Shown: piece after piece, positions 8,210-16,798 of the stretch
How positions within the stretch are numbered: the first letter of the stretch is position 1
Layout: every line of letters begins with the position of its first letter
Assembly (NCBI GenBank): GCA_965247125.1
Contig: CBDFGO010000003.1
Coordinates: 6,058 to 70,057 of the forward strand
Reading direction: 5' to 3'
DNA length: 64,000 bases
From: Rhodothermales bacterium
Lineage (GTDB): Bacteria > Bacteroidota > Rhodothermia > Rhodothermales > UBA10348
Program-made: the position numbers and the translations under genes
Notes under the pieces: generated by a model
Told to the model about the DNA's origin: nothing
Seen by the model: only the letters and a program-made list of their open reading frames with translations
Databases searched by the model: none

Positions 8210-9593
8210 GAGCTATGCCCAAAAGTTGTGTATGGAAGGTTTAGGCAGCGTGTCGTTCTGATGTAATTCCGTCGGTGAATTTGATTCCTTTTTTTACAAG
8301 TTGCAATAGGTGCGGTGCATTCAGTTTCCTCCACTTCTTCTGAGCCTCTTTACATAGACGGAAGGCCATTGCAAGAGCTGTTTCTCGGCTCAGACATCCC
8401 CTCGTTTTGGCGGTCCTGAGGCGCACGGTCGCGAACGTAGATTCGATCGGATTTGTGCTCCGAAGATGGATCCAGTGTTCTGCCGGAAAGTCATAAAAAG
8501 CGAGCAGTTCTTCTCGGTCTTTCACCAGAATCTCTGCTGCTTTCGGATACTTTTGCTGGTAGGCTTTGATGAAAAACAGAAGGGCGCTCTCTGCCTGCTT
8601 TTTTGTTTCTGCTGTATAGATCTGCGTGAGGTGACCTTTTGCCTTCTTCTGAACGGACTTGGGCAGGCGGTTGAGCACATTTGCTGTCTTGTGCACCCAA
8701 CAGCGTGCGGCTCGCGTCTCGGGATAAACTTCTGCGAGAGCACTCCAGAATCCCATGGCTCCATCGGCAACAGCCAGCTTCGGTCCTTGATCCAGCCCGC
8801 GGTGCCTCAGCTCCAGGAGCAACTCTCGCCACGACTGCTTGCTCTCGCGAAAGCCGTCCTCGAGTGCTATAAGCTCCTTCCTTCCATCGGCCGTAGCGCC
8901 GATCACGACCAGCAGACACAGTTTCTGTTTATCCATGCGTACGTTTACGTGAATACCGTCGGCCCAGAAATAGACGTAGTGCTTCTCCTTCAGGCTCCGC
9001 TTTTGCCAGTCTTCGTGCTCCCTTGTCCAAAGCGTCTTCAGGCGCGCAATCGTCGAGGAGGTCAGCCCTGGGGCATCAGGACCAACAAGGGCCGAGAGCG
9101 CTGCCTCAAAGCCGCCCGTTGAAACTCCCTTCAGGTACAACCATGGAATGAGAGCCTCAAGCGAGCGGCTCTTGCGGAGGTAGGCTGGTAGTATCGAACT
9201 GCGGAAACCGATTCTATCCTCACCCCGACCCGTACGGTCGCGTATGCGGGGCATCTTTACAGCGACCTCCCCGATACCAGTCAAAATCTTCCTCTCTGGC
9301 AGATATCCATTGCGAACGATGCGGTGGCGATTCTCTTCGTCGCGCAGGAACTGGTAGCGCTGGCAGAAAGCTTCAACCTCGGCCTCAACGGCTGTGGCCA
9401 GCATCTTTGCGGCCCCTGTTCGCAATACTTCTGTCAACACATCCTCTGTGCTATTGTAGTTCTCGTTCTCGTGTGCGTTATTCGTCTTCATGGGCGGTGT
9501 ATCCTCCAATCTTCGGATTGACAATGACGTAATCATCATCAGGATACGCCGCCTATACCTTTTTCACCCGTACACAACTTTCGGGGTTAACTC
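8210..9593 (-). mobile_element. IS256-family IS, copy 1, inserted into the terminus of IS3-A2.
   Basis: 1384 bp. Imperfect 26-bp IRs: GAGCTATGCCCAAAAGTTGTGTATGG versus the reverse complement GAGTTAACCCCGAAAGTTGTGTACGG. A 9-bp target duplication AACTGGACA flanks both sides. Confidence 0.9.
8241..9539 (-). CDS. IS256-family (mutator-type) transposase, 432 aa.
   Basis: Mutator-type core: LLVVIGATADGRKELIALEDGF...WRELLLELRHRGL...LAVADGAMGFWSALAEVYPETRAARCWVHKTANVLNRLPK. Confidence 0.9.
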   Translation of the reverse strand: MMITSLSIRRLEDTPPMKTNNAHENENYNSTEDVLTEVLRTGAAKMLATAVEAEVEAFCQRYQFLRDEENRHRIVRNGYLPERKILTGIGEVAVKMPRIRDRTGRGEDRIGFRSSILPAYLRKSRSLEALIPWLYLKGVSTGGFEAALSALVGPDAPGLTSSTIARLKTLWTREHEDWQKRSLKEKHYVYFWADGIHVNVRMDKQKLCLLVVIGATADGRKELIALEDGFRESKQSWRELLLELRHRGLDQGPKLAVADGAMGFWSALAEVYPETRAARCWVHKTANVLNRLPKSVQKKAKGHLTQIYTAETKKQAESALLFFIKAYQQKYPKAAEILVKDREELLAFYDFPAEHWIHLRSTNPIESTFATVRLRTAKTRGCLSRETALAMAFRLCKEAQKKWRKLNAPHLLQLVKKGIKFTDGITSERHAA

Positions 9594-10848
9594 AACTGGA
9601 CAGGGTCTTAGGTGGAATCTTGCGGATTGATTATGCTGCTTCTTGAAGCGGCTGGTGATTAAAAAATACGTGATCAGGGGTCTTTCTTCCATGTGAGCTG
9701 TGTCGCCTTTCGTTATTGAAGTAGTCGAAGTATACAGCAATGGATTTGCGGGCTTCAGCCACACTGTCATAGGCTTTAAGGTACACCTCTTCATATTTCA
9801 GGCTACGCCACAGACGTTCAACGAACACGTTGTCCATCCAGCGTCCTTTGCCATCCATAGAGATTTTGATGTCATGATTCTTCAGCACATCAGTAAAGGC
9901 CACGGATGTGAACTGGCTGCCCTGATCCGTATTGAAGATCTCTGGCGCTCCATACACGGCGATTGCTTCTTCGAGCGCTTCCACACAGAAGTCGGTGTCC
10001 ATCGTATTGGAGATCCGGCGTGAGAGTACTTTTCGGCTGTACCAGTCGATGACGGCGACCAGGTAAACGAATCCCCTTTTCATCGGAATGAATGTGATGT
10101 CGCTTGCGTAAACCTGCCGGGGCCGCGTCACGTTGAGCTTACGCAAGAGATACGGATAAATCTTGTGACCCTTTCCCGGAATCGAGGTCCGTTTCTTAGG
10201 ATAAATGGCAATAAGGCCCATCAGACGCATTAATCGCCGGATTCGATGGCGGCCCACAAAAATACCTCTGTCCTCGAGCGCATCCTTCATGGTGCGCGAT
10301 CCTCGCGTGGGCCGCTCAAGGTAGAGCTCATCCAGTTTTTTCATCACGGCCAGGTTCTCTTTGCTCTCGCCCACCGGCTTGTAGTAGGCCGTTGAGCGAT
10401 TCAGCTCCAGCAGATTGCACTGCCGTTTGATGGAGAGGTCGTGGATTGGGTCGATCATTTGGCGGCGCTCACCTACTGGGTGCGACCGAGCGCTTTGGAT
10501 AAAAAATCCTTCTCCATCGAAAGCTCGCCAATCTTGGCGCGAAGCTCCTTGATCTGGCCCTCCTCGTTGTGCTTTCTGGAATGCCCTTTGTCAAAGACCT
10601 CTTCAGCGTCCTGAATCAATTTCTTCTTCCAGGTCTGAATCTGATTCGGGTGCACCTGGAATTGGTCTGCCAACTCGGCCATCGTGCGGTCTCCCTTAAC
10701 CGCCGCCAGTGCTACTTTTGCTTTGAAGGCATTGCTGTGATTTCTTCTTTTGCGACTCATCGTTTGTAGCCTTTCTTGAGGGTGATGAGATCGCAAGATT
10801 CCACCTATAATCAGAGCCAGGCTGTCCAGTCAAACGGGACCATCTCTC
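9594..10848 (-). mobile_element. IS3-family copy A2. Its other terminal 25 bp lie at 8185-8209, separated from the body by the IS256 copy-1 insertion.
   Basis: orfB 9631-10458 and orfA 10473-10796 are nearly identical to copy A1 (P/S and Y/H differences). The element terminus AGAGATGGTCCTATAAAACTGGACAG appears on both sides of the IS256 with the duplicated AACTGGACA. Confidence 0.85.
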
Positions 10849-10882
10849 AAAGCCTATTCTAGTCCCTTCCTTTTTCAACTCC

Positions 10883-12161
10883 TGACCTTACTCCCATAAA
10901 GTGGACAGGTAGTTAAGCGTACTTTGCATCAATACAGAGGTACGCAATGGGAACGAGAAGGAAGTATTCCAAAGAGTTCAAACTGGAAGCCGTCCAGTTA
11001 GCTGAGATCAGTGGCAACACGAGTCAGACGGCCAGGGAATTGGGCATCAATGCCGGATTGATCAGGCGTTGGAAGCAGCGATTCGAAGAGGATGGTAAAC
11101 GAGCGTTTCCCGGGCACGGTACTCCTCGTGATGAGGAACTCGTCAAACTCCGCAAAGAGCTCAGACGGGTCAAAGAGGAGAACATCGTTCTAAAAAAAGC
11201 CGCCGGTATTTTCAGCAGAGACCTTCGATGAGATACCGGGTTGTGGACGAAGTAAGAGGGTTGGTGCCAGTCGTGCGAGCGTGTACGTTTATGCGGCTAT
11301 CGCCGAGCGGGTATTACGCATGGAGGGGACGCGCACTGAGTATTCGAGAGCATGAAAACCGTGGACTGTTGATTCAGATTCAAACGATTCACCGGGCCAG
11401 CAGGGGTACGTATGGCGCTCCGCGAGTGCATGCCGAGCTTCGCGCTCAAGGCGTCGCGGTAGGGCGTCGTCGCGTGGCTCGTCTGATGCAGCAGAACGGG
11501 ATTAAGGCGCTCAGGCGCCGCAAGAGGCGTGTACAGGCTCCATCCGCTCCTCTTGAGGCTATCAAGGCCAACGTGCTGGATCGTCAATTCATGCCTGACA
11601 GGCCAGGCGCCGTGTGGACAGCCGACATTACATATTTACCGACGGCTGAAGGATGGCTTCGGCGATTTTCTATCGCCGATGGCTGTCGTGCTGGATTTGT
11701 ACTCACGCCGAGTCGTTGGATGGTCAGTACGTCCCTCTCTCGCAAAAGAACTTGCCACCAACGCGCTTCAGAACGCGATTGAGCATCAGCGGCCACGGGC
11801 AGGGCTAATTCATCATTCGGATCGAGGTAGCCAGTACACGAGCTATGAGTACCAACGAATGCTGCGGCGCGAAGGGATCACCATCTCGATGAGCAGGAGC
11901 GGATCCTGTCACGACAATGCTCCAACCGAGAGCTTCTTCGGGACACTCAAAACGGAGATGCACCTTCGAGGAGATCCATTCAATTCACATGCTGAAGCAA
12001 AACGAGGACTCTTCGAATATATCGAGGTTTTCTACAATCGCCAACGTCGACACTCAACCCTTGGATACCAGACGCCGATGGAATTTGAACAACACTATAT
12101 TAACCAACAAACCACCGCAGTGTAGGCTTAATCAACTGTCCAGAAAACCGGAGTAAGGTCA
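10883..12161 (+). mobile_element. Second IS3-family element (IS3-B). Its orfB is frameshifted, so the element is probably inactive.
   Basis: TG...CA termini with IRs TGACCTTACTCC...GGACAG..TTAAG at both ends. orfA spans 10947-11231 (MGTRRKYSKEFKLEAVQL...). orfB is split into two frames (11228-11782 and 11529-12125), with the break near 11650 where VLDLYSRRVVGWS is in the other frame. Confidence 0.8.
11228..12125 (+). pseudogene. IS3-B transposase OrfB, frameshifted.
   Basis: DDE integrase sequence is split across two overlapping frames. Confidence 0.75.
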
Positions 12162-12633
12162 AGACGGTGAGATCGTCGTAGTGTAGTACGGTACTTCTAT
12201 TTGCTAGCAGAGTGTAGTCTTTAAGCTTTGCAAGCACGGGCGTGTAGGCATCCACTGATCCGTGCTGACCTCGATCACGGAACTCCTGGATCCGATTCTG
12301 AAAATCAACGAGGAAGTCGTGTGTTTCAGTATCGGCAGTGCCCTGAACGGCGCGCTTGATCGCAGCGGCCGAAAAATCCTTCCCTTCGACTACGGCATCA
12401 AGAATTGCATCCTCTGCCTTCATCACGATGGACTTCAGGTATGGATTTAGTCTGGCGTGGTGCCGATTCGATTTTCTGATTTCCTTCTGCAGCGGATTCC
12501 AATCCTTTTCCTTGATTCGAACGGGAAGAGCAATCGTCGAGCGCTTACTTCTATGATGGATAACGAGATAAAGAGGAACAGTGCCGTCACGCGTTTTCTT
12601 CCCTCTCCAGGGCACAATACTTATCTTGGCCAT
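12162..12633 (-). pseudogene. Tyrosine recombinase/integrase (Bacteroidota-type N-terminal arm-binding domain), C-terminally truncated by the IS3-B insertion.
   Basis: MAKISIVPWRGKKTRDGTVPLYLVIHHRSKRSTIALPVRIKEKDWNP is homologous to the second integrase at 41797. The ORF tail runs into the IS3-B right end at 12161. Confidence 0.7.
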
Positions 12634-12837
12634 ATGCCAGAAGTTCTATAGAAAAGATGAGTCCAATGACTAAATAGGTGACGTGTAAGGTGACGATTTT
12701 TATCGCTGAAGTCAATATATATAGATTGGTATCACTCGTTATCATCCTAGATATGCTTGAATCTAGCTTAAATCCGACGAAAACCCTGTGAGACCACGTG
12801 ACTGTTGTGTTCCCCCCCCTCTCCGCACCCAGCGAAA

Positions 12838-12868
12838 GCCCCGACTGCGAAAGCAGCCGGGGCTTTTT
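12838..12868 (+). terminator. Rho-independent terminator-like hairpin plus T-run, inside a GC-rich structured noncoding region.
   Basis: GCCCCGACTGC-GAAA-GCAGCCGGGGC followed by TTTTT. A 12-bp inverted repeat CTTTTTGTGTTG/CAACACAAAAAG and GNRA-loop hairpins lie immediately downstream. Confidence 0.35.
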
Positions 12869-13085
12869 GTGTTGAGCCCGTGAAGCTTGCTTCCAAGGGG
12901 CAACACAAAAAGATCAGGGCGAGCGAAGCTCGCGCGGGGCGTACATTGGTAAGGAGTACCAGGGGCTAACCGAGCGCGAAGCGCGAGGTAATCCCCTCTT
13001 CAATCTGAAAGAAAATCCCTATCTCATCCAATACTCACCACAGTCGACACACAACAAATCCAAATGTGATATGCAGACCGCTTGA

Positions 13086-13140
13086 TCTGCCGACGGATGA
13101 TATGCGGCGAGGATGATATGCCGACGGATGATATGCCGAT
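13086..13140. repeat. Short tandem repeat, about 3 units of GGATGATATGCCGAC.
   Basis: CCGACGGATGATATGCGGCGAGGATGATATGCCGACGGATGATATGCCGATCG. It lies roughly 450 bp upstream of the disrupted integrase and is a candidate set of arm-type or iteron sites. Confidence 0.5.
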
Positions 13141-13339
13141 CGCAGTTGATGCCTTAATCCAAAATCGATTCGCCCGTCCATTTGTGTTAAGCCTTTGTAA
13201 CAGTTACACTTATTTCATCTTCGGATTCGGACGATGGCGTGTATTGCGATATCACTGATCCGCAGAGTAAATGTTCTACAGCACGCCGAAGAACTCGTAT
13301 TGAACCTGGATAATTCTTCGTTCGACTAGGTGGTTACTC

Positions 13340-14104
13340 TCACGTTTTTGGAGTTCCTAACAGCATTCGATGATCGTTTCGTTTTGTCCTTTGATGCATC
13401 CAAAGTGTCGGGCCAATGCCTACGGCCAACTGGGCGAGGAGGAGTGTCCACAAAGGATCATCCCGCAATGCCCAGTGAACGATTGCGGCATACCATTCCG
13501 CTGAGAACATCACTGCGAGGGCAAGAACGAACAGCCTTCTCAATCTTATCGTCCAGACCTTTTCGTCGAGAAGAAAAGGAATCAAGTTGAACAGGGCCAA
13601 ACAACCGATAATGATAAAGTAAATCATTCCCTGCTGGTGCAACGGTCTCCCTGATCGCCAGATTTCTAGAGGCCACGATGCTCGTACGAGAGTGTATCCA
13701 AACGAGTATGCAGAGACTACACCCATCACGAGGGAGAATGATCGACCCACGCCGTACGTGATGACTCCAAATTTAGAGTCATATACGCCCAATTCAGCTT
13801 TGAACAGTGAAAAGTATCTGCGAACGGATCCGGATTTCAGCCACTCTGAGCGATAATCGCATCTAAGTTGAGATTCTGGTCCAACTTGAGCTACCGCTTC
13901 TCGGAATGCATTTTGTTCAGCTACGCCTCGAGCCAGCAGGTTGGAGTAGCAATCCAGTAGATGAGATTCCAGTTCGGCGACGTCGTCATCGCCGTAAAAT
14001 GGGCGAACCTTGAACGGTTTTCTCCATTTTCTCAATTCCGAGATTATGTCAAAGATGGCTTCGTTCCCCACAAATTGTTCAACAACTTGCTCGCCAGATT
14101 CCAC
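13340..14104 (-). CDS. PadR-associated membrane protein, function unknown.
   Basis: The C-terminal half is hydrophobic with at least 3 TM segments. It overlaps the upstream PadR gene by 61 bp, as is common for padR partner genes. Confidence 0.5.
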   Translation of the reverse strand: MESGEQVVEQFVGNEAIFDIISELRKWRKPFKVRPFYGDDDVAELESHLLDCYSNLLARGVAEQNAFREAVAQVGPESQLRCDYRSEWLKSGSVRRYFSLFKAELGVYDSKFGVITYGVGRSFSLVMGVVSAYSFGYTLVRASWPLEIWRSGRPLHQQGMIYFIIIGCLALFNLIPFLLDEKVWTIRLRRLFVLALAVMFSAEWYAAIVHWALRDDPLWTLLLAQLAVGIGPTLWMHQRTKRNDHRMLLGTPKT

Positions 14105-14382
14105 TGCGCTCGTTCGCGCTCTAGTTCTCGAACACCCTTAGTTTTAAGGCGATAATACTTTCTTCGTCGACCATTGTCTGCCGTCCTCCAGGAAGATTGA
14201 ACGAACCCCTGACGTTCAAGACGATGTAGCATAGGATAGATTGCTCCTTCCGCCCACTCAATAGTTTCACCGGAAGCCGTAAATGCCTTTTTAATAATCT
14301 CGTAGCCATAGCTTTCACCTTCAGCTAGTATGGCAAGGACCGCAGGACGAAGTGTCGCAGCTGTCAGGTCTTTACTAAGCAC
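14044..14382 (-). CDS. PadR-family transcriptional regulator.
   Basis: GYEIIKK...GAIYPMLHRLERQGFV...RRKYYRLKTKG is the PadR winged-helix signature. Confidence 0.85.
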   Translation of the reverse strand: MLSKDLTAATLRPAVLAILAEGESYGYEIIKKAFTASGETIEWAEGAIYPMLHRLERQGFVQSSWRTADNGRRRKYYRLKTKGVRELERERAQWNLASKLLNNLWGTKPSLT

Positions 14383-14465
14383 GTCGATACCCTTGTAGTT
14401 CTAGGCATAATATACCTGACACTATTAGGTATGTCAACATTTGATTGTTTGGCGTGCTGTAGAAC

Positions 14466-14580
14466 AAGCGCATGTTGCGGACTCGCACGACTGGCTGAGC
14501 CGGTTGGAAACGATTACTTTCTGAAAGGCGTGCGAATGCTCGCCGCAAGTCCGCCAGCCGTTATATACTCTCTTGAAAAT
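14466..14580. repeat. About 115-bp imperfect direct repeat, copy A. Copy B is at 16572-16686.
   Basis: GCATGTTGCGG(A/G)CTCGCACGACTGGCTGAGCCGGTTGGAAAC...GAATGCTCGCCGCAA(G/A)TCCGCCAGCCGTTAT, about 90% identical. The two copies flank the IS110 element plus higBA. Confidence 0.8.
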
Positions 14581-15860
14581 CAAGCCTTCACAGCGGGTAT
14601 CTGGTAGAATTTCTCTCCTTTAAAAGGAGTTTCGTTCTTGAGCATCCCCAAAATGGAGTGCAGCAGTTTTCTCATGACTGCAACGATGGCCACAAGTGGT
14701 TTTTTGCCCTGGGCGATCAGGTGTTCGTAGAAGGCCATGATGTTGGGCTCCCATTTGATGGCTACGAGTGCGGGCATGTAGAGTGCTCGCCTGAGCTTGA
14801 CGTTTCCCATCTTTGAAATACGCTCACGCTTTGCGACCGAGTCGCCAGAAGTGTATTTGCGAGGATCAAGTCCTGCATGTGCTACCCACTGACGTACGGA
14901 CATGCCATCGGGCAGAATCAAGATTTCTGGCAGAATCATGACAGCGCTTTTCTGTGCAATTCCTCGAATGCTGGTGAGTAGCAGAAATGCGGAATTCATC
15001 TGGTCGTGCCCTTCAATTAAACGAATTGCCTGTTCTAGCATGGCGGCGAGTCTGCGTTCCAGATGTCGAATGTTCACCTCGATGTCATTGATTACGATGG
15101 CTGATGTGGTCACAGTTGCACAGGCTTGGTGCAACCGTGCTTGCTCGCGGGTTCTCTCTGTGGTGAGGGCATGCATGCGGCGCGACATGCCTCTGAGCTC
15201 TAGAATCTCGTCTTTCGGAGGTGTCCAGAGCACAAATACCATGCGGCTTGCAAAATCGGCCAGCATATCGGCATCGACGCGGTCTGTCTTTGATCGGCGC
15301 ATTTGTGCTCGTGCAAACTGACGCGTGGCAGATGGATTGGCTACCATCAGTTCAACAGCGGAACACGAATCAAGGGTCAGCGCGAGGTCGAGACTGTAAT
15401 TGCCCGTTGCCTCGATCACCACACGCACGAACGCTCCAGGCTCCATAATCCACTTGATGAGCTGGCCATGACCTGCTGCGGTATTTAAAAACTGTTTCTG
15501 GCGAGCAGAACGATTTTCTTGGTGGATACATACATCGATCGTCGCCTTGCTTATATCGCAGCCAACAAAGACATTAGTGCACATGAGTCACTCCGGTTTG
15601 TAACGTGAAACGGATAATGATTCCGGTTTCCCATCCCGACCCAGGCGGCGGACATTGTATATGCAGGCTCACAGTATCACGCGAAATGATCCGGGCCTCG
15701 TAAACTCCTCAGCCTTCTGCTTGGGTCAGGCGGGGGGCTGATATAACGGACAGGTTCACTGACAAACAGGACCTAATGCAGCTACAGCCTTCCCCAGAAA
15801 CCTCAACATAACGAGAGGCGGGAAACCGACTGTTTTCTAGATACAATACGGTCTTTGTAA
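14577..15860 (-). mobile_element. IS110-family element. Boundaries are approximate; the stop codon abuts repeat A and a ~300-bp noncoding end lies 5' of the transposase.
   Basis: Transposase 14580-15584 (334 aa) has a DEDD-type N-terminus VGCDISKATIDVC and an IS110/IS116/IS902-type C-terminal domain. No terminal IRs are expected for this family. Confidence 0.65.
14580..15584 (-). CDS. IS110-family (DEDD) transposase.
   Basis: MCTNVFVGCDISKATIDVCIHQ...; C-terminal ...KKPLVAIVAVMRKLLHSILGMLKNETPF. Confidence 0.75.
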   Translation of the reverse strand: MCTNVFVGCDISKATIDVCIHQENRSARQKQFLNTAAGHGQLIKWIMEPGAFVRVVIEATGNYSLDLALTLDSCSAVELMVANPSATRQFARAQMRRSKTDRVDADMLADFASRMVFVLWTPPKDEILELRGMSRRMHALTTERTREQARLHQACATVTTSAIVINDIEVNIRHLERRLAAMLEQAIRLIEGHDQMNSAFLLLTSIRGIAQKSAVMILPEILILPDGMSVRQWVAHAGLDPRKYTSGDSVAKRERISKMGNVKLRRALYMPALVAIKWEPNIMAFYEHLIAQGKKPLVAIVAVMRKLLHSILGMLKNETPFKGEKFYQIPAVKA

Positions 15861-15861
15861 T

Positions 15862-15894
15862 ATGTCAAAATTGACATTATGTCACAAATGACAT
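15862..15894 (+). promoter_or_regulatory. Two adjacent palindromic operators immediately upstream of higB.
   Basis: ATGTCAA-AA-TTGACAT (7-2-7) and ATGTCA-CAAA-TGACAT (6-4-6), ending 10 bp before the higB ATG. Confidence 0.6.
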
Positions 15895-15904
15895 ATATTA
15901 CCGT

Positions 15905-16234
15905 ATGAGTCAAGAAAAACCACTCGTTTGGTTGCATGGTGAGGTGAAATCGCCGCCGTTCTCCAAGAATGCAAGATTGGAGGCTGGTTTTCTACTTCGC
16001 CGGCTTCAAATGGGTGAGAAACTTGAAATGCCGCATTCTAGACCGATGCCCTCGGTTGAGAAAAGGTGTCACGAACTTAGAATCAAGGACGTATATAAGA
16101 CCTGGCGAATCATGTATGCGATCGAATTTGACGCGATCGTGATCTTGGAAGTTTTTCCCAAGAAGACAGGAACTACTCCTAATTTGGTTTTGAACATCTC
16201 TCGAGAGCGTATTCGGTTATATCGATCTTTATAG
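15905..16234 (+). CDS. higB: HigB-like toxin (Gp49/RelE-ParE superfamily).
   Basis: ...LRRLQMGEKLEMPHSRPMP...HELRIKDVYKTWRIMYAIEFDAIVILEVFPKKTGTTP matches the Gp49-like HigB pattern. The toxin-first gene order is typical of higBA. Confidence 0.8.
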   Translation: MSQEKPLVWLHGEVKSPPFSKNARLEAGFLLRRLQMGEKLEMPHSRPMPSVEKRCHELRIKDVYKTWRIMYAIEFDAIVILEVFPKKTGTTPNLVLNISRERIRLYRSL

Positions 16235-16244
16235 AGGTCTAGCC

Positions 16245-16568
16245 ATGAAAGAAGACAAATTAGATAAGCTCAAAGCTGCCGGATGGTCGGTTGGTAACGC
16301 TGCTGAGTTTCTTGGACTCTCTCCTGAAGAAGAGAAGTTTGTCGAGTTAAAGTTGACTTTAGCTGCAGCAATTAAACGACTTCGAAAAGCTAAACGGCTC
16401 ACCCAAGTTGAGCTGGCTAAAAGGATTGGTTCAAGTCAGTCCAGAATTGCGAAGATGGAGTCAGCTGACTCATCAGTGAGTACTGACTTGATGATGAAGT
16501 CTCTTTTTAGCTTGGGAGCATCCCCGTCAGACATCGCAAATTATTTCGGGTCGAGAAAGACCGTATAA
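16245..16568 (+). CDS. higA: HigA-like XRE-family HTH antitoxin.
   Basis: The HTH is LTQVELAKRIGSSQSRIAKME, and the gene lies 10 bp downstream of the toxin. Confidence 0.8.
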   Translation: MKEDKLDKLKAAGWSVGNAAEFLGLSPEEEKFVELKLTLAAAIKRLRKAKRLTQVELAKRIGSSQSRIAKMESADSSVSTDLMMKSLFSLGASPSDIANYFGSRKTV

Positions 16569-16689
16569 CAAGTGCATGTTGCGGGCTCGCACGACTGGCT
16601 GAGCCGGTTGGAAACAGTTACTTTCTGGAAGGGGAGCGAATGCTCGCCGCAAATCCGCCAGCCGTTATGCGCCTTCCAAAATGCTGAAC

Positions 16690-16798
16690 ATGACTGATTG
16701 GACTCTTTCCAATATTCTATTTTTCACCATTCTGCTCGCGGGCTGCAACTCTAATGAGATTACTAACTCCACGGATAGTGATCGGCCGAACGTTTTAT
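16690..16798 (+). pseudogene. Lipoprotein gene 5' fragment truncated by IS256 copy 2.
   Basis: MLNMTDWTLSNILFFTILLAGCNSNE has a signal peptide and lipobox LAGC, then reads straight into the IS256 left end. Confidence 0.5.

Noticed and set aside
8466-9122. 218-aa, 142-aa, 82-aa, 63-aa and 65-aa ORFs recurring in every IS256 copy (for example 8466-9122, 8491-8919).
   Set aside because: They lie antisense to or nested within the 432-aa transposase ORF and recur only because the IS is repeated. They have no independent coding signal.
12650-13000. tmRNA, RNase P or SRP RNA in the GC-rich hairpin region.
   Set aside because: None of the conserved motifs were found: no GGUUCGAAUCC-type tRNA-like 3' end, no RNase P CR-I/CR-V boxes, and no SRP domain IV.
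13086-13140. CRISPR array.
   Set aside because: Only about 3 irregular 15-bp units with variable 2-6 bp spacers. No cas genes are present. It is better explained as arm-type or iteron repeats.
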